Assembly (NCBI GenBank): GCA_951406725.2
Contig: OX597841.1
Span: 20,522,001-20,586,000, forward strand
From: Octopus vulgaris
Lineage: Eukaryota
DNA: 64,000 bases
Direction: 5' to 3'
Every line of letters begins with the position of its first letter. Within the stretch, counting starts at the first letter, position 1. Positions 1 through 13,849 of this stretch are shown here, piece after piece. The notes under the pieces are model-generated. The model did no database searches. It was not told the DNA's origin and saw only the letters and a program-made list of their open reading frames with translations. A program made the position numbers and the translations under genes.

Positions 1-147
1 TTGAGTATAACCAGCCAAAATTGCAACGATAATCTGGAACTTGACTGAGGAAAGAAAACTTCGAATCACCCGTCTATGTTTTTTCTTGTCCCTTTTTTGC
101 ATCATCTCTCTGGATGTTTTGTGTTCTTGTCACATTTTTTATATTCC

Positions 148-218
<71 letters not shown>

Positions 219-219
<1 letters not shown>

Positions 220-1058
220 CTAGCTGATGTACCCAGTAATTCCCAGGAAAGTGGAGCTTATCCCTTGGTTCCATTCTCATAATTGTTTCGCTAATCAAAT
301 AACAACAATACAAAATATGTAGCCCTTAAAACGGTTTTGTGCATTTACAGAGAATATCGAACTGTCTTACTCAGGATCTTGTTTTTAGGAATTCTCAATA
401 AGTTATGAATACCCAAATTGTGAAGTCAGTTATGCAAAAACTTGGAATTAGTTACCTGATAGTAAGAATTCAAATAAAAAGGGCTTTAATTCATTCCCAG
501 ATTATATAGAATTTAGGAGGAACACTAATAAGGTATGTATGCTAAACTCATGAAGCATGTTATACAATAGGCTAATCAGATATGAGATAATAACAATTCA
601 AAGTGAACAACTCTGAAAAGGGCTTTTGTGCATTCCCAGAGAATATTACCCTCAGCAGTACTAGGGTCAATATATTCGCGAACAAGTCACTAACTGAAAT
701 AAGTGGATCTGTTGTTTAGGAAAATATTATTTACTTGTTTAAAGGTTGTACGAGATAAATTGCGAAAATAATTCTAACAGATCAAATACTAAGAAGTAAG
801 TAAAACTCAATTTGATTTATACCAAATGATTTAGGAAAATGAATGGGCTATTTCCCTTGGAAATATATTCCCTTAGATATATATTAGAATCCCTTCCAGG
901 GGCTCTATTATCGCTTTTATTTCAACAATCTGAGCATGCCATGCGGTTTCCAGACATGAGTTCTACTCATGTGTCAAGATTCATTGATCAATAAAACGAT
1001 GTGGAAGGAGTTAGCTATCAACACACCCACAGACAGAATTTCCCACATATGTAGTATA
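219..1058. mobile_element. Probable non-autonomous Helitron/Helentron-like element
   Basis: Starts ACTAG...CCC like the elements at 21778 and 45239 and ends in an ACAGAC...TAGTATA-type terminus; lies in TA repeats; no ORF. Confidence 0.35.
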
Positions 1059-1071
1059 CATACATATATAT

Positions 1072-1234
1072 TCTTTGACTGCTATTTCTAAATTCGGTCT
1101 GTGGTAAGGCAATTCGTTGCTAAACCCTTTATTGCTTAGTATTACTTAAATTTTCTTCGAATGAGGCTTTTACATGCCGAAGACTACTTGGTGTAATTGA
1201 TAATTATTCCAAATTAATTAATTTCACCCTTCAT

Positions 1235-1235
<1 letters not shown>
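1072..1235 (+). repeat. Fragment of the ~600-nt HHR element family
   Basis: Diverged match to 10255-10420 (gactgctatttctaaattcggt...aatttcaccct). Confidence 0.75.
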
Positions 1236-2439
<1,204 letters not shown>

Positions 2440-2440
2440 C

Positions 2441-2742
2441 ATCATCATCATCATCATCATCATCATCGTTTAACGTCCGTTTTCCGCGCTAGCACGGGTT
2501 GGACGGTTCGACCGGGGTCTGGGGAGCCAGGGGCTGCCCCAGGCTCCAGTCTGGTCTGGCAGTGTTTCTACAGCTGGATGCCCTTCCTAACGCCAACCAC
2601 TCCGCGAGTGTAGTGGGTGCTTTTTACGTGCCACCTGCACAGGAGCCAGAGGGGTCTGGCATCGGCCACGATCGGTTGGTGCTTTTTTTTTTTTTTTGTG
2701 CTACCGGCACAGAAGCCAGTCAAGGCGGTGCTGGCATCGGCC
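2441..2742 (-). mobile_element. 5'-truncated RTE LINE 3' tail with (GAT)n end
   Basis: Same tail (ggcgttaggaagggcatccag...ggacgttaaacgatgatg) follows an RTE ORF C-terminus at 52588-53368. Confidence 0.75.
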
Positions 2743-2756
2743 AATATATATATATA

Positions 2757-3128
2757 GGTGCAGGAGTGGCTGTGATTCCAGGTGAAGTCCCACTGTGTGG
2801 CACTTATAGCCTCAGGCCAACCAACGCCTTTTGAGTTGATTTGGCAGACAGAAACTGAAAGCCCATCGTATACATATGTGTGTGTGTGTATGAATTTGTG
2901 TGTTTGTGTTTATTCCCACATCATTGCTTGACAACTGATGCTGGTGTGTTTTAGTCCCCGTAACTTAGCAGTTCAGCAAAATAGAGCCATAGAATAAGTC
3001 CAGGGGTCTTATTCTATTCTATTCTTACAAAGAATAAGTCCAGGGGTCAATTTGTTTGACTAAAGGTGGTGCTCCAACATGGCCGCAGTCAAATGACTGG
3101 AACAAGTAAAAGAAAATAAAAGAATAAA
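2757..3128 (+). mobile_element. tRNA-derived SINE, family A (diverged)
   Basis: Matches the fuller copies at 27948, 31246, 39424 and 39846; ends aaatgactggaacaagtaaaag. Confidence 0.8.
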
Positions 3129-3230
3129 TATATATATATTGGTAAAAACGGTAAGAAAACAAAAGAGACCTCAATATTATGTAAATAGAGGAAATTTATC
3201 TGTAAATTAATATGTTACCATTATTCAATA

Positions 3231-3300
3231 GCCAAGATAAAACTAGGAGTTTCGGATGCCGAAGCGGAAATCCACAACACCATCTCTTCTGTTATCTGGC
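3231..3300 (-). ncRNA. Type I hammerhead motif, degenerate (CAGAAGA core)
   Basis: gccagataa CAGAAGA gatg...catc c GAAAC tccta GTT ttatcttggc. Confidence 0.6.
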
Positions 3301-4044
3301 CATCTGAAAAATGCTATGAAAAAATACCGTTATATAAAGGGAAATTACTGTGTTATAATTCCGTTACTTATATAAATTAAGGTTAAAAGTTCATAGTAAA
3401 CACGTAAGCATGGCTACTCATACACTCACATGTGCGCTCGTGCACCCACGTGAGTACGTATACGTCACTATGAAAACTTACACATCTTCACTCGCATTTT
3501 TCACCAATTGCATACGCATATATATATATACAAACTCATACACACACACGCATACCGTAATGGTTCATACATACGTCTATATACGCACAAGCACAAGAAA
3601 AAACACGGTTAAAAGTAACAATACAGAAAAACATAAAGAAGTATACAAAGCGTAAAACCACGTTCATATACGGACATGCCCTTATGCACGCATACGCACA
3701 CACGCCCATATATGTACATACCCGCACATGTTTATATACGCATACACAAAAAAATTATTAAACATATGCCCCCCAAAAAACGGAAAAAATTGTAAAAATA
3801 TTCAGTAAAAACGTATATATATATATGTATTCTTATGCCCGCACACATCTATATACATACACACCTGCCCACTCATACATATTCACACACGTGCAGAATG
3901 GAAGAGGGCAGAAAAAATTATTTTGTGTAAAAATATAAAAATATGTGAAAAAATAAAAGGTATAATGAGATAAAAAAAACTTTTTGGGACATAAAATAGA
4001 AAGCAAATTCTATCTGTATTCTTGGGGGACCAAAAACATAAAAA

Positions 4045-4632
4045 TGTTGTCACGTGTGGGCATGATCCGAAAAGTTCTATCCTTCAGTTTAGACATGTAG
4101 TAGGGTCTAAGCTGCTTTTCCAGATAAGCCATCTCTCCATGTCGCATAGACCGCACTTTCCGCTGCTGTTGGTGTAGGGCTTACATTTGGCCAAAATCTT
4201 CCAATGGATGTTGTAATTGACACCTTTATCTTTTAATGACCAAATATGATTGGATAATTTTGTCGCTTTTCTTTTGTTCCAGTGCCTAAAACTCAAGGTG
4301 TGGTTATTGAACCTGGCCTTGAAATTACCCTCTGTAAGGCCTACATATTTCTTCGTCGAAACGGTGTCTTTAGTGGTTATAGAGTCCACGGTAGCTTCAT
4401 AGATGATGGTCTCGGACATGCAAGCTCCATTTAGCGGGCACAATTTTTTATTCCTGCATGAACAGCTGTTTTCTTGTTGTGGTTTTTGTGTGTTATGTGT
4501 GATTATATTTTTAAAATTGGTAGTTGAACTAAAACTAATTTTTAAATTGAGTTTATTGAAGAGTTTCCTATGAATATGGTTAACTGGAAAATGTCTATCT
4601 ATCAATGTTAAGAAATATTTACCTATATTGAA
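4045..4632 (-). pseudogene. PLE GIY-YIG endonuclease (C-terminal fragment)
   Basis: CSCRNKKLCPLNGAC, IIYEATV...YVGLTEGNFKARFNNH, LSNHIW, CGLCDME; continues past the TGA at 4084 as CLN*RIELFGSCPH. Confidence 0.88.
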
Positions 4633-4840
4633 GGTACGCGTGTGTGTGTATGAGTTTGAATATATATGCATATACATTTGGCGAAAAATGCGAGTGAAGA
4701 TGTGTACGTTTTCATAGTGACGTATAGCCATGCTTACATGTTTACTATGAACTTTTAACCTCAATTTATATAAGTAGCGGAATTATAACACAGTAATTTC
4801 CCTTTGAATAACGGTCTTTTTTCATAGCGTTTTTCAGATG

Positions 4841-4910
4841 GCCAGATAACCGAAGAGATGGTGTTGTGGATTTCCACTTCGGCATCCGAAATTCAGAGTT
4901 TTATCTTGGC
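4841..4910 (+). ncRNA. Type I hammerhead motif (CCGAAGA core)
   Basis: gccagataa CCGAAGA gatg...catc c GAAAT tcaga GTT ttatcttggc; stem I and stem II pair. Confidence 0.65.
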
Positions 4911-5394
4911 TGTTGAATAATGGTAACATATTAATTTACAGATATATATATATAAATGCAAAAAAACAGAACAAGAACGACAATGAAAACATACGGACAG
5001 ATGGATGATACAGAGATGGACAGGAAAACCAGGAAGAAACATTCGTAACTTTCTATTCATCAGTCAAGCTTCCAATTATCACTGCAGTTTTGGCCTGTTA
5101 TGCTTGAGACTGTTCAAAATTGGTAGGCTCCAAAAATCTAAGCTAAGGGCATTCAATTTTTGTAAGTGGGTGAATATGTGCGACAACACAGACAAAAAGC
5201 AAGAAAATGGAGAAAATGTCACATGATTATGAATACAAAGTACAAGAATAACAACAGGTGTCTTTCGACTAAAAGGACAAGTTAAGACATGTGAAGTGGA
5301 AGCTTTATGGCAACAAACATGGATGAAAATCAGTAGACAGGGAAAGAAGCTGTTGTGCAACTGTTGAATGATAATAATAATAGTAATAATGATA

Positions 5395-5585
5395 ACATAA
5401 ATACTACTTACATAGGATCGACTTCCAATAAAAGTAAATCACGGGCGGCCCAACATATGAATTCTTTTAAGAACAGAAATTTAAGGAATTCTACAGACCT
5501 TAGTGAATACATTTGGGAACTTAAATCTAAAAGATTTAAAATGGGAAATAGTTTGTGAGGCTAAATCGTATAGAATAGGGAGTAT
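5395..5585 (+). pseudogene. PLE GIY-YIG endonuclease fragment
   Basis: TYIGSTSNKSKSRAAQHMNSFKNRNLRNSTDLSEYIWELK, then frameshifted WEIV; followed by an AT-rich 3' region with an HHR. Confidence 0.75.
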
Positions 5586-5995
5586 ATAGTAAATATAATA
5601 CGTATTTATCTCTGGGTAATGGACACCATATTTATCACGTGACTTTTCAGTATAAATGCTAAAGTACACTTATTTCGGTTTAATCAACAGTAATTCGCCG
5701 GCAGATAAATCATGATTTTTTATTTTATTCTAAACAATATCGACATACATCTGTTATTTACTTTATACATTAACACGTATTTACATTTATTTACCTTCTC
5801 ATGAATTAATCATGTTCGCAATAATACTTTATTTGAATTTTTTAGTTCATAACTTTTAATAATATTAAGTATTTAACTTAGTGATTACATTGCAGGTTTT
5901 GTCTTTTTATATATATTTTTTTATTCTTTATTTTTTTATTCCTTATCATATTATGAGGTAAGTTAAACTTTAAGTTTTTAGGCTTTTTTAGGAAT

Positions 5996-6112
5996 TTGAC
6001 CTGAGGACTGCTTTTGGGAATAAAATCATTTTTCCGTTCTAATGAACTTTGATATGGTTTTCTTATATGATTTTATATAGTCCTAATTCAACCATGAAAC
6101 GCGTGTAGTCGA
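5996..6112 (+). ncRNA. Type I hammerhead motif with long stem II region
   Basis: ttgac CTGAGGA ctg...cat GAAAC gcgt GTA gtcga; downstream of the GIY-YIG remnant on the same strand. Confidence 0.7.
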
Positions 6113-6412
6113 TGTATAAATACTTACTTTTATACATTATTTTATTAATTTTTATTGTTCAATTTATACTTTATTGGATTTTAGATGAATACTTTTATGA
6201 TGAATATTTGTGTGTATGGTATTCGCTGTGATTTTAAAGTATTTGCTCTTATATATTATATGATTGTAATAATCTTACTGTTCAATATTCTATATTATTG
6301 AAATTTTAGATTAGTATTTTGTATGGTATATGTCTCACGGGATGGCTTTGGATGGGTTCTTCATTGACTGAGTTGTGGAATGGTGGTTCGTCTCTAAATT
6401 AGTTATATATAT

Positions 6413-7011
6413 ATATTACATTTCTAAATATCTCAGAGAGATATAAGCAGTAGTGGTACAATAGAGTAGTTGTATACTGTCAACTTAATGTGGCAGTCCC
6501 ATGAAGGGAATCACACCACCGCTATTTAGCCCTAGGAAGCAGCAACGCTTCCTGTCAGCCTCGACACATTTCCTGTGTCCTTATGTTTACAAAGGGGAGA
6601 CAAGCACCTCCACCCAGCTAAGCCTGCCACCAGAGACATGTTTCAGAGTCTTTGCTCCTCCTCAGTCTGGAGTAGCATGACCTGCTAGTTGGGGATGCCT
6701 GTCTAGCCTTTGTAAACATATAAGAATTCTAGTGAAATAAATCCACTGATTACAAAAATAGAAATATTACATTTCTAAATATCTTAGAGATATATACGCA
6801 GTAGGAGTGCGATAGAGTAGTTGTATACTGTCAACTTAATGTGACAGTCCTATGAAGGGTGGAGGTGCTTGTCTCCCCCTTGTAAACATAAGGACACAGG
6901 AAATGTGTCAAGGCTGACAGGAAGCGTTTATGCTTCCTAGGGATAAATAGCAGTGGTGTGATTCCCTTTATGGGACTGTCACGTTAAGTTGACGGTATAC
7001 CAGTATACAAC

Positions 7012-7015
<4 letters not shown>
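6413..7015 (-). mobile_element. Retrozyme-like element, ~351-nt monomer plus inverted partial copy
   Basis: Direct repeat 6416 vs 6767 (period 351); inverted arm 6858-7015; one HHR; no ORF; (TA)n flanks. Confidence 0.8.
6630..6670 (-). ncRNA. Minimal type I hammerhead ribozyme
   Basis: ccaga CTGAGGA ggagcaaagactct GAAAC at GTC tctgg; canonical core, palindromic stem III ACATGT. Confidence 0.88.
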
Positions 7016-7051
<36 letters not shown>

Positions 7052-7417
7052 GAAGGTTTGAAATGCTATTTTAAAAAATGTCTATTCACTTGGCCAGTTT
7101 CACTTTTTTAGAAGAAGATTGTCAAAAGTAAAATGTAAAAGCTGTGTTGTGTTAAGTATTGGCTGTCGCAAAATATTACAATACATATGTACATTCTTTG
7201 ATAATAATAAGAAAATGTTAAAAACAGTTTCCAGGAAAAATCTTGAGAAACTATTAAAAAGTTCGTTAAAAATATTAGGATTTCATTAAAAATCATGTTT
7301 GTTTGGAAGTATCTATATATATATATATATATACAAAGAAAATTATAAGTTCAAAAAGGTCATATTTTGGTGGTATATAATACACGGAAGGAGATGTATT
7401 TAGGATATATCTATATC

Positions 7418-7453
<36 letters not shown>

Positions 7454-7460
7454 TATGTGT

Positions 7461-7516
<56 letters not shown>

Positions 7517-7735
7517 ATTCTTTTACTCTTACTTGTTTCAGTCATTTGACTGTGGCCATGCTGAAGCACTACCTTTAGTAGAGCAACTCGTGTCCGGGAC
7601 TTATTCTTTGTGAGCCTAGTACTTATTTTATCGGTTTCTTTTTTCTGAACCGCTAAATTACGGGGACGTAAACACATCAGCATCGGTTGTCAAGCGATAT
7701 TGGGGGGACAAATACAGACACACAAACACACACAC
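7517..7735 (-). mobile_element. SINE family A, 3' fragment
   Basis: Reverse complement of the 3' half of the 39846-40250 SINE. Confidence 0.8.
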
Positions 7736-7789
7736 ATATATATCTATATATATAAAACTCAACTTGTGTGTCTGTGTGTGTATCTGTGT

Positions 7790-7821
<32 letters not shown>

Positions 7822-7863
7822 GTATACATATTTATATATATATATATGTATATATTTATCTAT

Positions 7864-9039
7864 CTATCCGGTCAGTCGAAGTCGACTCCCGCTTACTCCA
7901 TGGATCAGTGTCCTCCAATCAGTTATATCCTGGGCCGCTTCTTTCAGACTGGCCAAGTCCATTCCGTCATCACTCTTGATGGTGTCAACCCAGCGGGTCC
8001 TTGGTCGGCCTCTTCCTCTCTTGCCACTGACCATTCCGAGCATGATGTCCTTCTCCAGGGATTTTCTCCTGATAATATGACCAAAATATGCCAATCTATG
8101 CTTAGTGATCCTAGCTTCTAGCGACATTTTTGGCCTGATCTGCTTAAGAACTTCTCCATTGGTGAGCCTCGCTGTCCATGGAATCCGTAAAAGTCTTCTC
8201 CAACACCAAAGCTCAAATGCATTAATTCTCTTCTGGTCAGCTTTCTTTAGTGTCCAGGTCTCGCATCCATATGTTGCTATTGGGAAGACAATTGCATTCA
8301 CCAAACTGCATTTGGTAGCGAGTCTGATGTCTCTATTCTTCCAGACCCTGCTCATGCTGACCATTGCCTCTCTGCCTAGTACTATCTGCCGTCTTATTTC
8401 TGGAGTGCAGTTACCATCTCGATTTATTTTGGAGCCAAGGAAGATGAAACCATCAACCACTTCGATCTCTTCATTATCGATCTTGATGCTGATGTTTGTT
8501 GTGGCTGCTGTTGACATGATCTTCGTTTTCTTAACATTGAGATACAGCCCGAATTTCTCACTCTCTTTCTTGACCAGCAGGACAAGATCCTCCAGATCCT
8601 TACCACTCTCCGCCAGCAGGATTGTATCATCTGCATAGCGAAGGTTATTAATATTTCTTCCTCCAATCCTCACTCCAATGCTGCTATCCTCCAGGCCTGC
8701 ATTCCTCATCACCTTTTCAGCGTACATGTTAAAAGCTGCTGGTGACAGGATGCAACCTTGCTGAGTGCCTTTTCCAATCTCAAACCAATCAGTGTCGCCA
8801 TATGGTGTCCGTACTGTAGCCTCTTGGTTTTGATAGAGTGATCTAATAAGGTGTAAAGGTGTTCCCATATCCTCCAGACATTTCCATAACTTGTCATGGT
8901 CAATGCTGTCAAAGGCTTTGGAGTAATCGATGAAACACATGTACAGCTTCTTTTGGTATTCTCTTGCCTTTTCCATAATCCACCGTAGGTTGGCGATGTG
9001 ATCGCAGGTGCCTCTTCCCTTTCTGAAACCAGCTTGCAC
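7864..9039 (-). pseudogene. RTE-clade LINE reverse transcriptase (5'-truncated; homology extends to ~9300)
   Basis: QAGFRKGRGT, FIDYSKAFD, QGCILSP, LRYADD, LNVKKTK, YGCETW, FELWCWRR, RGRPRTRW; (GATA)n tail. Confidence 0.95.
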
Positions 9040-9331
9040 CTCTGGCAGTTCTCTCTCAATAGTTGTGTTCAGGCGCTTCTGGATGATTTTAAGGAGAATT
9101 TCGCTTACATGGGGGATCAGGGTGATAGTACGGTAGTTTGTGCAGTCCTTGGTGTCTCTTTTCTTTGGTATTGGGATGAAAACTGACCTCTTCCATTCCC
9201 TTGGCCACTTACAGGTTCTCCATATTCGTTGGCAAAGCGATGTTAGTGTTTTTGTTGGTATTGGCTTGAGTAATTCTAGTGGAATACCATCAGTACCTGA
9301 AGCTTTTCGGTTATATATGTATATACGTATA

Positions 9332-9378
<47 letters not shown>

Positions 9379-9782
9379 TTATATATATGTATATGTATAT
9401 ACATATATATTTATATATATATATATATATGTATATATGTTTATATATATGTATATGTATATACATATATATTTATATTTATACTTATATATATCAATAA
9501 TAAAGGGTGAAATTAATTAATTTAGAAATAATCATTAATTTCACCAAGTAGAGTTTGGCATGTAAAAGACCCATTCAAGGAAGGTTTAAGTAATACTAAT
9601 TAATTAATTAAGGATTCAGCAACGATTTGCCTCACCACACACCGAATTTAGAAATAGCAGTCAAAAAGTTTTGGCTATTATTTCTACTTAAAAGGGAGAT
9701 CCCAGTAAAACCAAAACACTTAAAAAGCAAACGACGCAGACAAAAGAGAAAGAAATGACGAAAATCATTCTATATTAAGTCA

Positions 9783-9872
9783 CCTACGGACGTACGTTTT
9801 GGAATTAAGTCATAACAGAGCATAAAATTAAATAATTATGTCTTACCTGACTATTTTCCTCCTCAGCGTAGG
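9783..9872 (-). ncRNA. Type I hammerhead motif with G12A lesion
   Basis: cctacg CTGAGGA ggaa...ttcc AAAAC gtac GTC cgtagg. Confidence 0.75.
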
Positions 9873-10628
9873 ACTCATCAATTATAAATAATTGCGTCTC
9901 AATTATTAATAACTGTGTATTAAATTTGAAGGCACTAGAAGACATCACCTCAACTCATGGTATCAGAGCGAGCGTAAGCCATTACCAGTACCACCAAATT
10001 CAAAGGGTGAATGAAAGTATGTCACCATCCCCCTTCCGCCAGCGTGCTGCCAAAATAAGATGCTACAGTTTTTTTACTGGGATGAAATACAATTATCAAT
10101 AATAAAGGGTGAAATTAATTAATTTAGTTTTGGCTATTCTTTCTACTTAAAAGGGAGATCCCAGTAAAACCAAAGCACTTAAAAAGCAGTAGAAAGAATT
10201 TTAAGTAGAATTTTAAGAATTTTAACTTTTAAGTATAAAGAATAGCCAAAACTTTTTGACTGCTATTTCTAAATTCGGTGTGTGGTGAGGCAAATCGTTG
10301 CTAAACCCTTAATTACTTAGTATTAATTAAACCTTCCTTGAATGGGGCTTTTACATGCCAAACTCTACTTGGTGAAATTAATGATTATTTCTAAATTAAT
10401 TAATTTCACCCTTTATTATTGATAATTGTATTTCATCCCAGTAAAAAAACTGTAGCATCTTATTTTGGCAGTATGCTGGCGGAAGGGGGATGGTGACATA
10501 CTTTCATTCACCCTTTGAATTTGGTGGTCTCGCTCTGATACCATGAGTTGAGGTGATGTCTTCTAGTGCCTTCAAATTTAATAAACAATTATTAATAATT
10601 GAGATGCAATTATTTATAATTGATGAGT

Positions 10629-10719
10629 CCTACACTGAGGAGGAAAATAGTCAGGTAAGACATAATTATTTAATTTTTATGCTCTGTTATGACTTAATTC
10701 CGAAACGTACGTCCGTAGG
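10629..10719 (+). ncRNA. Type I hammerhead ribozyme
   Basis: cctaca CTGAGGA ggaa...ttcc GAAAC gtac GTC cgtagg; stem III ACGTACGT; one mismatch in stem I next to the core. Confidence 0.85.
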
Positions 10720-10906
10720 TGACTTAATATAGAATGATTTTCGTCATTTCTTTCTCTTTTGCCTGCGTCGTTTGCTTTTTAAGTGTTTTGGTTTTACTGG
10801 GATCTCCCTTTTAAGTAGAAAGAATAGCCAAAACTTTTTGACTACTATTTCTAAATTCGGTGTGTGGTGAGGCAAATCGTTGCTAAACCCTTAATTACTT
10901 AGTATA

Positions 10907-10949
<43 letters not shown>

Positions 10950-10955
<6 letters not shown>

Positions 10956-12170
10956 AGATAGGGGTTGTAAATTCAACCCTCGATTGGATAACTTATATCC
11001 AATATACTGCTAGAGAAGTACCCAACAAAGCTAATACATAAATGTTAAAAATTGCGATGCAATTAATTCATTTACTGTATTAGGTGGGCAAAGGTAAAAT
11101 TATTTTTACCGTAAATTAATAATACAAAATGAGAAAATGGAGAAATATATCTAAATCATTCATCAACTATCAGATAATACCAAATCATATACTTTATTAA
11201 AACACTACACAATAGCAATGGGATTATACATTAATACAGTACAATAATTACAATCAATATGGTGAGATATAACTAAATAAATATAACAAGATATAAAATA
11301 CATTTACATTGTAGCTGACAGCTGTTTCGGCCATGAAGATAGGTATGTCTCATTTAACCTATTAGCCATATAATGCAGGTATAAATGAGACATTAACAAG
11401 AATATCTTACGGCCTCTTCGGAGATTCTAATGCAAACCCTAAAATAATTTACATATAAATATAAATATGAGTGCATACATACTCATATTCTTACATATAT
11501 ATACATATACACAATAATACAATATAAACAATATAGATCAATATACATCAACAAACACAATAATGTTCCATATTGAACTCCACAGCTCCTCAACCAACAT
11601 CAAGAAACCACAACAGACACACTCACACTCAATGCAGGCATATATATAAAACAGTTCAATATATTAAAATGTGTCACTTCACAAAAAGCCAATAAAGTTA
11701 ATACCACCACCATAGTACCATCCAAGGCAAGTGGATATCTGCATATATATGCAATCAGTTAAATTCCTCTGTTTGCATGGTATTAATTTTCACAGATGCA
11801 TTCGATTGGCCTATAGTTTTAAATTTGAATTACAATAGATATTTTACGGTTAGTTAGCTAGGAAACATACACACGCGCACGTACATCCACAAAACGTGCG
11901 CACATACAGACATAGTCATATGTTTACACACCCACACACACCCACACACACACACACATACACAACCAAATCATAAATAAATAACATAAGAGGTACTATC
12001 CATCTATACACTAAGTGTTTACAAACAGATCCACTCACATATGTCCATAAATCCGTAAGTGCAATCATACATATAATTATACCTAGATGCAGAGTGTAAT
12101 TTGTCATAAGGTACATAATTCATGTGACACCGTATTTTTCGTAAACAAAACATTTCAGAACTATATAAAA
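10950..12170 (-). mobile_element. PLE-type 3' region with HHR (family also at 23330 and 37348)
   Basis: Shared terminus aaatgagataggggttg(t/a)aaattcaaccc abutting (TA)n; right boundary approximate. Confidence 0.65.
11312..11425 (-). ncRNA. Type I hammerhead motif (CCGAAGA core)
   Basis: ct CCGAAGA ggcc...ggcc GAAAC agct GTC ag; homologous to the canonical copy at 38688. Confidence 0.7.
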
Positions 12171-12174
12171 ATAT

Positions 12175-12622
12175 TAATAATTCTAAGTGTCTCTAAAGGA
12201 GACTTCAGCAGCAGTACTGGATATTAATAGTTATCGCCAGGCTAATATGGCAGTCCAGAAATATAGGATGAATGCTGCCATTGATTAGCTCCAAGAGACC
12301 ATCACCTTTAGCTAGCTATGTTACACATGAACCTGTGTCCATTATATGTATTCCACTGAATTTAGGTAAATAATCCTTCGAACAGACGGTCAGTAGTGAC
12401 GCCTGCTAGGTTTGGCTGCTCTGCATTGATAAATACCCTGAAACTAGTCTTCAGATTCCTGACCAGCAAGGGGAAGTGGCTGACCTCCCCTGTTTGAGGG
12501 TTATAATGCACACAGGTTAGTGTATCACATAGCTAGCTAGATGCGCTGGCCTCTTGGATCTAATCAACGGCACCATTCGTCCTATATTTCTGGACTGCCA
12601 TATTAGATTGGCGATAACTATA
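12175..12622. mobile_element. Diverged member of the retrozyme-like family, fold-back
   Basis: 12228-12346 inverted to 12502-12620; same hairpin series; only the 3' half of the HHR remains (GAAAC ta GTC ttcaga at 12440-12455). A further fragment lies at ~22845-22925. Confidence 0.65.
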
Positions 12623-12629
12623 TAGATGT

Positions 12630-13565
12630 ATATAAAATATAAATTACAGATAAAACCACTATTATGCAATTCAAACAATGATAAACATAAACCAAAATAT
12701 AAATAACAAATAAAATATATTTTTATAAATCATATAACTAGATCACAAAAAGTATAAAAATGAATAATCAATATACAATAAGTAAAAAACTACGTACATT
12801 TCATGGCTATAATTAAATTCAAATTACAATTAAATTTAAATTTAATTGAAATGAATTCAATTTAAAATTATAGTCAATCTTCAGGTTAACAATAATAGTT
12901 AAATAAATAAGCAAATAAAAAAAATAAATAAAATAATAGTATTTCTTAAAGAAGAAACTCCATTAACTAAATTTGAAACTTAAAACATTAAGATCAGTTT
13001 CCTACAATATTATGTTAAATAGTTAAGGTAAAAAAAATAGAGTAAATAGATAGAAATATGTATTTATCTGTGTATATATAATTTGGTTTAAAAAAACATT
13101 AATAAACTATGGAATATCTTTAACCTAGTTATACTCTAATATTTAATTACCAAACTATTTAACAAAACAATCACTATTAATATTTTTAGATTTAAGTTTG
13201 CATATAATAATTATAAAATAATAAATGCATAAAAATAAGTATCTAAATTATAATCAACAAATATAGTAATTAAAAATCTATATTTTTTTCTATCAATAAA
13301 CATATAAACATATAACCAAAAATAAATTAGTCCATTATTAATTACATAAATATTATTGATATCTTTAGAAAATATTTATGAAATACAAATTAAGAATTGA
13401 AAAATTCCAAATTAAAAACGTATACCCTATCTTTATAAAATACTTATTATTACTATTATTAAAAACATTTTTACGATCTAGATCGCAGAGTGACTAACTA
13501 ATATCTTAAAATATACGTTCAGATATAATAATTATAAACTAATAATAATTAAATATATATTAAAT
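12630..13565 (-). mobile_element. Very AT-rich HHR-bearing repeat (inverted copy at 25140-26070)
   Basis: Near-identical reverse complement of 25140-26070. Confidence 0.8.
12786..12889 (-). ncRNA. Type I hammerhead motif with long AT-rich stem II
   Basis: aac CTGAAGA ttgactataatt...aattatagccat GAAAT gtac GTA gtt. Confidence 0.7.
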
Positions 13566-13849
13566 ATATATATCTCAAAATAACATTCACTAGAAATTTG
13601 TTGTTGTCCAGAGAGTATTTTATAGACTATCTTCTTTAGCTTTATATTCCTCCAGGTAATATCATATACAGTTATGATTGCCATGCCACTACCTGAAAAT
13701 TAATGGTACTTGTGAAAATAAGATGTAAAAATCTAGCTATGGTAGAACATATTTCACTAATGTAATTATCTACACATATTTTTATAAATTATAGACTGTG
13801 TGTGTATCCATGTATATGAGCATGTAAATATATGTGTGAATAGTGTATA

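Larger units (their letters stand above)
3140..4945 (-). mobile_element. Penelope-like element remnant with inverted terminal segments
   Basis: GIY-YIG coding remnant; about 3195-3550 is inverted relative to about 4635-4945; each arm has an HHR motif; flanked by (TA)n. Confidence 0.85.
9492..10905. mobile_element. Non-coding HHR element, ~600-nt unit, two divergent arms
   Basis: Left arm period 602 (9495/10097), right arm period 582 (10241/10823); arms inverted; one HHR per arm; (TA)n flanks. Confidence 0.82.

Noticed and set aside
4084-4086. In-frame TGA in the PLE endonuclease as possible selenocysteine
   Set aside because: It falls at the variable position of LNxRxE, not at a Cys site; CGA-to-TGA decay is simpler and no SECIS was identified.
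5057-5063. CTGATGA on the - strand (also 27740-27746)
   Set aside because: No properly placed GAAA-stem III-NUH or stem I complement.
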